NCBI GenBank assembly: GCA_032718475.1
Contig: JAUCBJ010007249.1
Coordinates: 1-44,837, forward strand
Source: Nemertoderma westbladi
Taxonomy: Eukaryota; Animalia; Xenacoelomorpha
Length of the DNA: 44,837 bases
Direction of reading: 5' to 3'
Position 1 is the first letter of the stretch; each line of letters opens with the position of its first letter. The notes beneath the pieces are model-generated. The model was not told the DNA's origin and made no database searches. It was given only the letters and a program-made list of their open reading frames with translations. This document shows, in pieces, positions 35,101 to 44,837 of the stretch. The position numbers were made by a program, and so were the translations under genes.

Positions 35101-38100
35101 CTCGAGATTATCCCAAAAGCTTGGATGGTCATCCAATACTCCACAGGTTTCTTATTGAGGTCTCCTTCAGGCCACCACAAAAATCGTAGGCTATCTCGAT
35201 CCCTATCCAGCGCTTTGACTTGTAAGAACATGCCTTCTATATCTGAGGCGAAAGCAATGGAGTATTGTCTTAATCTTAGTAGTATTCCCAACAAGGATTG
35301 GAGTAAGTTGGGTCCGGGTAACAATTCAGAATTAAGAGATTGGCCCATATAAAGGGCGGAACCGTCAAACACCACTCGTACTTCATGGGGTTTACCGGGT
35401 TTGGGAACGTAATGGTGAGTTAAGTAATACGTTCTCTCAGTAATAGGGGTTTCTTCCGGTACTAGCTCCGCATATCCCTTGCTAATAAACTTCTTCAACT
35501 GTGTTTTATACATTTCTTTAGCTGAAGAATTTGCCGTAAGGCGTCGATGTAGTTGAGCAATTCTTTTCTCTGCCAAAGGTCTGTTGTTAATGAACTTTGG
35601 TTCTCGCTTTCGGAAAGGAAGACCGATCTCATATCTACCTTGATCTTTAAGAAAACGAGTAGTTGTCGCTTGGATCTGCTTGGCTCTCTCTTCCTCCACC
35701 GATAGGGCCTTATCGTAGGAGTTGGGCTCTACGACCTCTTGAGTAAAGAATCTCACGGCGTGTTCGTCCCGAGTCTTGGCATTATAACGTTCAATGACGT
35801 CATTAAGCTCGTCGTTATAGTCGTCTCGCTCAGATGGGAGAAGGAGTTGACATAAGTTCACTTGATTTTGCCAAGTCTCGCTTTCCTTAAGGAGATCGAT
35901 GGCATTCTCCTCATCAAAAAGTTGATGTATATCGTCGTTGTCTGAGGAGTATGGAGTTCCCTCAGTTGGATCATCGAACTCACTGTTCTCAACTTCCCAT
36001 TCTCGCGCTTGATATACCTGATCTTTCGGTAATCTTTCCATTAGAGTTCTACGGGAAGGGCCAGTAAAGTACCAACCTACTCTAGTTCTTCCCGCATAAA
36101 CTTGTAGAGGTTGCGGTTGAGCAGGTCGTTTCTCCAATGTCTCGAGCGCTTCGTGCGCATTTTGACCGATGAGTATTTGCACTCCAGGATAATCTGTCTG
36201 GAATCGAGGTATCTTAAGATGTTGGATGCTCTCATCCTCGTCCCAATTATAAAGGTCTGCTTGAGTAGTAGCGAAGTTCTTTATAGCCACCATTTTCACT
36301 GACCTTATGCTATGTTCTCCTAGTTCGTCCTGGGGGGTGGACAACGCACCTACATAATAATCCGCGGTTACTGTGGATTTCCAAACTTGCATAATTCCTG
36401 ACATGTTTAGCTTAGTTCGGAACTTGGGTTGTCCAGCGAATATGTCTTCGGCTAGCTCTTTGTCGATGAATGTTCCTGTACTACCGGAGTCAAGGAGGGC
36501 GTTCACTACATAACTCCTTTTTGGTCGGTGGACCCTTACCTGTACCACAGGAAATTCTCTAATCCCTACATTGGAAGTTGGCGCTTTCCAAGATGGTTGT
36601 CGATCAGAAGTAGTTAGAGCGAGGTCAATGTCTGTATCTTTTTCATAAATGAGTGCTCGATACACTGTGGTATTTATCATGTAACAGGATTCGTTTTCGT
36701 CGGAGAACTCGTCCGTATAGAATCCTTCCATCTCAGATTGATCAGTGTCGTTCACATCACTGAATTGGACATGTAGTTCGGAATCACTTACCTGACTCGG
36801 ACCATTTCGCTCGAATTCAGTGTGCAACAAGATATGATGTTTCGCACCGCACTTGGCACATCTTGTGTCAGAGTAACAGGTTCGCCGTTGGTGTCCTTGT
36901 CTGAGGCAATTATAACACAACCGCTTATCCCACATGACTTCACGTCTCTCAGTTAATGATTTCTTTAGAAATTCATCACACATATTCAAGCGATGGGTCC
37001 CATCACATAGCGCACATTTCGGTTTGATGTTACTTACCTTACTCTGAGTAACATTGTGTACACTTGTCTTTTCTTCGGGCTTTCTCATCTGAATTCTCTT
37101 GGGAGACGTAGGAGGAGTTTTTCTTACCTGTTCTCTCCTGTCATTTGTTCGAGACTTGAATTTACTTACCTGATCTTTAGGCATTTTATTTACGTAATAA
37201 GATCTGTCAGTGTCTTTCCCGCTATCTTCTCCTTGAGAAGTCTGGCTTTCGCCATCATCTGTATAACACACTGGTGTTACCTTTCTCCTAGCGACGAGTT
37301 TTTCACTTACCTTGTTTTCCGGTGTCTTCTCTCTGGACAGTTTCAGGAGCTGTAATTTCACTTCTCCGTCTAGGAATGACATGAGATCAGCCATGGTAGG
37401 GTCTCGTCGTTGTTGTTCCATCATATATAACACTTTCTTATCCCAGCGTGTACCTACTCCACCCTTCGGTAAAGTAGAAGCCACTGCTCTAATAACCATA
37501 GCACTCTGATACTCATGAGACTTACCTAGCCAATCTAATTGTCTGCAGATCTCCTGAATCTCATCGGAAAACTCTATAATCCCGCTGCTAACAAACTTTC
37601 GGGGCGCTACTAACTTTGCATACAAATACCCAGCTATGTTATTCTTATTACCATACCTGATGTTTAGTGTATCCCAAACTTGTCTTAATCCGTCTGGATG
37701 TCCAATAAACTTTAACGCCATTAACTTGGGAGATCCTTCCAAGCACTCGATGAGGAATCTAAGTTTCTCTCCATTAGATAGCACAGAGTTCTGTATGTTA
37801 TCTTTGTAATATTCATTAAAAGGTAACCATTTCATCTCATCTCCATTGAACTTGACGATCTCTCCCACCTTTACCGCTTGCCGGGCTTCGGTTCTAGCCA
37901 TTTGACGCGTAAAACTTTCTTGGGCCATCATATTATTTAATATCGAGTTATCGGTATATAAATTTCTCGGATTATGATCCGGTCTATAGGGAATATCATT
38001 ATCAACAGGTCTATAATTACCCTTAATAGGGTTCACTATAGGAGTTTCTACTTCGCTAGCAGTATAGATGCGTGTAGGCTCCACACCTTGCGCATGAGAT

Positions 38101-40334
38101 ACTTCAGACCTAACAGGTTGACACATTGTTACAGGGGGTGGTGGTATACCCTTTTGTGTATTTACTAATTTATCGCGTTCTAGCGCGATACTTTGCTGCA
38201 CTTCTTGCAACTCTAGCCTACTTTCCCTTACTGTGCCCTTGAATTGCTGAACGGTCTCCTGCATCTGTCCGAGCAGGAGATCCATCCCCCGTCGTCTCTC
38301 ATCCACCCATTCAACCACCGAAGCGGGATTCGCCAACGTTGTAGCGGGCAGACGAGGGACAACGGGCGACAAATCATGAATATTTCGCTCGGAGTCCAGG
38401 GCATGAACTGTCTCATGGGCTGTTCTGCTGGGCACAGGTAGCTTAGTGCTGTGCAAAGGGAATTGAGAGGTAGGTTCAGGGAGTACAGGTGTCTCTACGA
38501 CCGAAAGGGTGGCTTCGGGAACAGGCCTAATTATTTCAGGCTCATCTACTATAGTAGGGAGTCTTTCTATTGTAATTATTTGGTCTGTGGGTTCTGTACT
38601 ACCTAAGTTGGTGTTATTTAGTTGCCTTCTAACAGCTGGAGGCAAATCAGGCAATTTCTGACGGTGGAATGTTCTTTTGCGTCTGCTTAGGTGAGATCTA
38701 TTTCCTTTGCCTTCAGTATCGGTGGTATCGCCTTCCTCAGATGATGTATATCCCTGTCTTTTGGGAGTAGATCGATTCATCATCTGCATATTACTAGCTG
38801 TTAACTGTTTATTTATGCAGTCTTGATTCTCCTGAATATTTTCCAATTCCAATTGGGCAATCTCTTCAGCCGCTATCCGCTCCGCTTCTGCCGCTGCCCT
38901 TGCCGCTTTTCTTTCCATTTCGGCTGCTTTTCTTTTCGCTTCTGCCTCTGCCACTGCCGCTTTTCTTTCCATTTCGGCTGCTTTTCTTTTCGCTTCTGCC
39001 TCTGCCACTGCCGCTTTTCTTTTCGCTTCTGCCTCTGCCGCTGCCGCTTTTCTTTTCGCTTCTGCCTCTGCCGCTGCCGCTTTTCTTTCCGCTTCGGCTG
39101 CTTTACTTTCCTCTTCGGCTGCTTTCCTTTCGGCTTCTGCGGCTGCTACTGCTGCTTTCTTTCTGTCTTCTATGCGTTTTTTCTTAACCCTTTCTTCTTG
39201 GTCTCTAGCGATGCGGAGTTGTTCATCGAATTTAGCTTGGTTCGCCGCTAACCTATCCACATCGATTGCGTCCAATACACGCTGGGCTCCTTCACTATTA
39301 GGGCTAAGCCCCTCTAACCTTCTCCTCAACTCTTCATCACCTAAAAAACGTTGATAGTCTGACAGATAGATGTCAATGGCATCCCTCTTATGCGGTTTCT
39401 CTGCCGTCGCTTCACTTTCCACTTGGGAAAAAGTAGCGTCTGTTGATTCTCCATGGGTTGAGCGCTCCTCCAGCTGAGCTTTCCACTGAGCTGTTCCTTG
39501 AACCTGGCGACTCACCCATTGAAACCAAGTCTTTACGGCAACTTGCAACAACGTGTCTTGTCTTCTTTTAGAAGCCTCCTCAAAGGCCGATAAGATTAGT
39601 CTGATTCGCAGAATTCTTTCTCTAACTTGATAAAGCAGTTGTCCCTGCTCTTGAGGTCCTTGGGGTTGTTGAAACAATTGTTTTTCTACTCGCTCCATAG
39701 AGCTGAAGAATCCCTGTGCGTATCCGGCTGCGGACCTCTTCCACACAGCTGGATCGATGGTTTCCTTGGCTACTCCCATCCGGTGTATGTCTTCCCAGGC
39801 AGCTTCTGATAAATCAAACGGGAGTCCGGGTCCGGGGAAGTTCCATTGCGACTCGACCATAGACTTCAGTTCTTCCCTTGTGTATCCCTCATAACTATCT
39901 TTAGTTGATCGCTTACTTCTCGCCCAATCGATCTGGTATTCTTCCACCGCGATCAATAACCTAGTGAGTACGGCTGCAGGAAGGATGAGAAGGGGATCCG
40001 AATAAACCGCATCCGTCATCCTTGCTCCGCGCTCGGGTGTCAGCTCTACAGTATCTTCACTACTGGCGCTGTCGGGCCGCTGAGAAATAAGTTCTTGGCT
40101 CGCGGGTTGTTGCTGTTCCGCTGCTTCTTGGTCCCGCTTGACCTGGGCTCGAGTGCCTATGATAGACCTACGATGTTGGACCAGCCTAGGTTCTGTTATT
40201 ACTACTGGAGGGATGACTTTCCTCACAGTGGGAGGTGAACTGAATTTAGGACTAGACGGTTCTACACCCTTATCTGAGTCGCAGATAGTTTAATCTAATA
40301 AACTGTCTGACAGGTTCTGCTTAGTATCAGACAT
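32121..40334 (-). CDS. BEL/Pao gag-pol polyprotein (one in-frame TAA at codon 15 from the ATG at 40334)
   Basis: Gag core (KFNGDEMKWLPF...EKLRFLIECLEG), three Cys/His knuckles (CALCDGTH, CYNCLRQGH..C, CAKCGAKHHILLH), protease ALLDSGS, RT (RVVFDGS, SDIEGMFLQV, YMDD), RNase H (HVFGDAS, VPRAEL, YWTD), integrase (H..H..CIPC, GVDLFGP, RSDKGTNF, GGSWERLI), and a C-terminal YLPTLQLRTKW. Confidence 0.97.
38880..39150 (-). repeat. Coding tandem repeats in gag (AAEAEAKRKA / AEMERKA)
   Basis: 21-30-bp in-frame repeats giving an Ala/Glu/Lys/Arg-rich helix. Confidence 0.9.
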
Positions 40335-41243
40335 GTTTGTTTACACAGTTGAATGTCTACTGCTATATTACAGTCTAAGCAAGTCTAGTAATTCAGTGTT
40401 AACTGCTAGCCTAGTAATTAATTACCGATACTGCTACTCAGTGTAGCGTGATATATAATATATTAGTATACCGGTATGCTTATAGTATATATAAGTATTA
40501 TTACAGACTAGTTTATCACAGAAACCGGTATATAATTTTAGCATAAATATATATAAATATATAATATGCCTATCGTGGATACCGGTATGTAGTTTACACT
40601 TATAGTATATATAATACAAGTATAATTATTAACTAGAATTAATTACAGAATACCGGTATGATTTCAGCTTAAGTTTATAAAAATAAATATAATAAGCCTA
40701 TTGGAAATACCGGTATGTCAATTATTTTAGAATAATTGAATTTCTGAATTTTAAGGGTTACTTGGTTACTTTAACTTACTTTATTACCGTTATTTAAGCA
40801 GTAGTCCAACTGATATTGAGACCTAATTGTGGTTTGGCAGGCCTACTATTTATAAATCGTTTGAGTTGATTTATAATATATATATACCCGTTTAATGGGT
40901 TTTGTCAATGTTTGAAATAAATGTTATTATTTCTGGGGGAGTCACTACACATAAGCTGTGCGCTCTCAGTGGAGTGCTACTTGTTAGACACTAAAACAAA
41001 TAATTCTAATTTACCTAAGTTACTTAATACTACAAATTACGTACAATTCGGGTTGAGATTACAATCTCTAAATAAACACAAAAATTTAATTACAAATACA
41101 CAAATACAAATTTTTAGGGTAATTTTACAAGAAGTCTACTAACCAGCCTAACAAAGGGTTAGAATATCTGGTTATTACAACAGACAGGTTACTACGGTAT
41201 TTGAAAATAATAAGTAGTAGTAAATATACTGCGTTGTCCAGAT

Positions 41244-41419
41244 TGCGTTGCGCAGCCCATGACTTTCTTGAGACGCATCTTAAAGGACACTGGCCTTAAA
41301 GATGCGGATGATCTAGCAAATTTCATGGGTGATAGGGAGTTGTGGCGGTGCAATTTTGTTGACAAGCCGGCACAGCATTCTTAAAAATGCAGCTGCAATG
41401 CAGCATGCCGATCCTAGTA
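41244..41419 (+). mobile_element. Short 3' fragment of the same RTE family, inserted in the BEL 5' leader
   Basis: Close match to 24737-24905, ending CCGATCCTAGTA. 8-bp TSD GTCCAGAT at 41236-41243 and 41420-41427. Confidence 0.92.
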
Positions 41420-41899
41420 GTCCAGATAGGAAAATACCACCGCCTGACGACCTATAACCGTATCGCTATAGGTACTACGTTATGTATCACGGAGTGTTCC
41501 TACCTAGAGATTAATTACCGCGGTCTACCAGAACCAACGTGCCTATTAACCACTTTACAACACAAATACACTGCCTACATACTAATTGCTTTCGGAAAGC
41601 TCTGTACACTAAACCCTAAATTAGGTACAAGTACTTGTATAACAAATAATTTGTAGTTAAAAATACTTGAACAGCTAAAAGAACCACGGCATCTGCTGGA
41701 GTGACCGGTGCACAAAATCACCAGTCTTTACCTACGCCGAGCAGCCCTGATGTAGTACCGGGGTTAGTTTAACTATAACGGTATGTATAACAAACACAAT
41801 TACTGTAGGAATAAACTTGGGGATATGAATGTTGCGAATAATAGCATAAACTCTGAATAATAAATATTACGCTACGCGTACAAACTACTCAAACAAAAT

Positions 41900-42369
41900 G
41901 CAGACCAAATACTGACAGACTACTATCAAGCCTAAACAAATTACGGTATATGCAGACTCCGAAATGATTAAGTAGTATGCGTTCTAACCCAGTAGTACGA
42001 CTTATTCTTTAGATGGGGGTTTACCTTACAGCTATGGCTGCCCCTACTTCCTAACCGTTCTTTATCGGACATACACTCTACACAAACCGAAATTTCCTCA
42101 AACCCAACAACAGCCAGACAACTATCCAGCCTACAAATTATCTAAATAAAATTATACACTACCCGTACAGACTACACAAACAAAGTACAGACCAAACGCT
42201 GGCGGACTCCTATCAGGCCTAAATAAACCACAGGACATGCAGACTCCGAAATGGTTAAGTAGTATGCGTTCTAACCCAGTAGTACGACTTATTCTTTAGA
42301 TGGGGGTTTACCTTACAGCTATGGCTGCCCCTACTTCCTAACCGTTCTTTATCGGACATACACTCTACA
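41900..42369. repeat. Tandem duplication (period ~289 bp) in the BEL 5' leader
   Basis: Cores 41950-42081 and 42238-42369 are nearly identical (one substitution seen); the flanks are more diverged. Confidence 0.92.
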
Positions 42370-42725
42370 TGCACTGCAATCCGTTCAGACCTAATCAACA
42401 GTTAGCCAACAGTCAAGCCTACAAATTATCTGTACAATCTGAGCAGGCTTACACGCCTTCTGCTCAATATTAACCTACAAATAAATAAAACTTGACAGAA
42501 ACAAGTAAAATCTCAATAAAAAACCAGGGCGGCCGTCCCTGATTAATTATTAAGGCCTACCGGTATATAATTATCAAAATCGAATAATACTGATGTACCT
42601 GTACCGTAAGTACCGGTTCGGGCAGTTGGGCCTACAGGCCTACAGTAGTACAGGTTACCGTTCAACCGGTACCGGTACTTTAGACTTGATTGCTTACACC
42701 GCAATCCAGAAGCAATATCTGTTAT

Positions 42726-43882
42726 TGTTTGCGCTTTTAAGACCTTTGACAGTTTAACCTGCCAAATTAGGATGTCTTTTGGATGATATATATTCTTTAG
42801 CTTATGACGAGTATTTGATACACTACATTAGCCGAAGCCAGTCTATGCGCAATCATTCACCCGCTGGATATACCCAGGAGACTGAATTCGGAGCTTAATG
42901 ATTGATGGTGTAAGCCTACCGTATTATTCGACTGATCGTAATATATAATCTCTGACAAATATTATTCACTTTCGGGAAATATTAACAGTTCCTTTAGGAC
43001 GTGGCGCTCTAAATATGTAAACAGAGTTATGACTTAAACTAGACACAACGAAAAGGCTATAGATTTACGTATATGGCGCATTCTTTAGGAGATGCTTTGT
43101 TATCAGTTACAATCATACACAATGCTGCACAATACTGCACACTAATCTGCCGACCTTCACTAAATTTAGTCACGTATAAAGAGAGCAACAGACAATTTAT
43201 GTTGGGCATATGAAATAGCATTAGATTCACTTCAAACCACTTAACATAGGTCGCAATCGTTTATCTGTAACCGGTCTCTCTAACCTTTAGTATATCAAGA
43301 AGGTGGGGTGTCTGACTATTGATCAGTATTCCGATATAATATTTCATCAACAAATATAATGAACAACAGACAGCAAAAGCAGTAATATTAAGGTATGAAT
43401 TGTTTAGTTATGATTTGATATAGTTCGATAAGTAAGATAACAGATATACGTTCTATAATTAAGCCTACTAATGTAAAGCTAAAGAATGCTGATATACGGA
43501 GGTGCCAAAAGCCGATGTTCTTAGGCTCTGGGCAAAAACACAACACCGAACTACTGAGTTTCTGTATCCACCTCCAACACAGAGACAAAAAACGCTCTGA
43601 TTGGTCAACCGAACCACGAGAGAACAAAGAAACAAAGAAATGTCGACGTGGCAATATCAGCTGTTAGCCGTCGTCATGGTAGCGACACTGTTTTCAAGAG
43701 TATCTAGCTTATCGCGTCACGAGATTGCGGATTATGTCCTCTAAAGTACAAATACAGAAGAAATGACCCTCATGTCCTCCAAAACACCAGTACAGCAAGG
43801 ACACGGCCTTTTTATGCCTGGTAAACCAACTACAGAGTACTTTAAGGGAAAATAACCGGTTAATGACGCAAAAGCTTTTACA
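42726..43882 (-). repeat. 5' LTR (1157 bp)
   Basis: Direct repeat of 27664-28820, followed by the TSD CACGT. Confidence 0.98.
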
Positions 43883-44019
43883 CACGTGAGTAGTAGGAGA
43901 AGCATAGTTCTCGGCTAACTCCTCCCTAGCCTGGGCTACGGGCCACATCTCGGAGGCAATTAAAAAATGCCAAATTCCGGTGCTAAATCGAGGTGTTTAA
44001 TGACCATCTGTCACCATCA

Positions 44020-44700
44020 ATATTGATTCGCGTCGTTGCCTTCAACCAATCGCTGCGTATCACCTACGCGTAGCCTAACCTCGCGATGCCCGCCTTACTC
44101 CTACAGCTGTTACCTCCCGTCAGTATTGGTTCGCGTCGTTGCATCAACCAACCATAGCATATTCATCTTCGCGTACCCAAACCTCTCATCGTGTGGCTAG
44201 CCCCACACTACCCTATTATATCGAATCGATCGCCAACTCTTCGACGGCTGTCGCCAATCCATTCAACCAAGCAACCTACCAATCCACCACGTTTCCAGCT
44301 ACACGTATACGAACATTTCCATAGTTATTTCCTATTCACGCAACCAACCAACCACTGTATACTGTATATGCTGACAACGTGGCCACCAACTACAGCGTAT
44401 ATTATATTGATTGCCAACTCCACCACGGCTGTCGCCAATCCAACCAACCAAGCGACCTGCATACCCCAAGGCTATTATGAAATTCCTCCACGTCCCGGCT
44501 ACACGTATACAAACAACATTTGCATAGTAGTTACTCAACCTAACCAATCCCGCAGCATCTGTGTCATATTGAAAGGCTACCACCACTAACATTATATACT
44601 GCACGTTTTTATTATAATAATTATTGATTATTACACACACAACCCTATGATTCATATTCTTTCACGTATTTCCTATTCAGACAACCAACCATTCATCCAT
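44020..44700. repeat. Degenerate tandem-repeated region of unknown origin
   Basis: Recurrent blocks TTCGCGTCGTTGC.TCAACCAA (x2), GCCAACTC...ACGGCTGTCGCCAATCCA..CAACCAAGC (x2), GCTACACGTATAC (x2) and TATTTCCTATTCA (x2). Confidence 0.6.
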
Positions 44701-44837
44701 GTTGCACTCCATCTCTTTTCTTATTCGTCGATGATTATGACACGTACCATCTCTTCTTCGTTGACTATGCCACATCACAAATTTATATATATAAGTGAAT
44801 GTTTTTAATAAAATTCATCACTTCTAGTAATCTTCAT

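Larger units (their letters stand above)
27664..43882 (-). mobile_element. Full-length BEL/Pao LTR retrotransposon, 16,219 bp
   Basis: Two 1157-bp TG...CA LTRs, 5-bp TSD CACGT (27659-27663 and 43883-43887), and a single gag-pol ORF with BEL/Pao domain order. Confidence 0.98.

Noticed and set aside
32494-39809. Numerous short ORFs overlapping gag-pol, LINE ORF2, ferlin and RTE on other frames or strands
   Set aside because: Shadow ORFs of long coding sequences without independent motifs.
221-40334. Host-wide reassignment of TAA to Gln
   Set aside because: LINE ORF2 (1005 aa), ferlin (737 aa) and ~2700 codons of gag-pol contain no internal TAA/TAG, and all end in TAA.

Overview
AT-rich, transposon-dense stretch of an animal (probably invertebrate) nuclear genome in the standard genetic code. 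From left to right: an APE-RT non-LTR retrotransposon with intact ORF2 whose ORF1 abuts about 108 copies of a 29-bp satellite; a decayed RTE endonuclease containing a 33-bp minisatellite expanded from its own GGVGIL motif; a piggyBac-like end directly followed by an intronless 737-aa ferlin C-terminal ORF (3 C2 domains + TM); a palindromic MITE; two tRNA/Nin-type SINE families; a CRE-like fragment; the first three coding exons of a WDR6-like gene on the minus strand, with a 26-bp minisatellite in intron 1; a probable host exon interrupted in frame by a short TSD-flanked insertion; a 5'-truncated RTE with a MITE inside; and a 3' fragment of a second LINE. The right 16.2 kb is one very young, unusually long BEL/Pao LTR retrotransposon (1157-bp LTRs, CACGT TSD). 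Besides gag-pol it carries an accessory sense ORF at the env position, preceded by a strongly base-paired GC-rich RNA-like element and continued by a frame interrupted only by TAA codons. This accessory module is the best candidate for something undescribed. All family calls come from motif recognition by eye; no database search was run.
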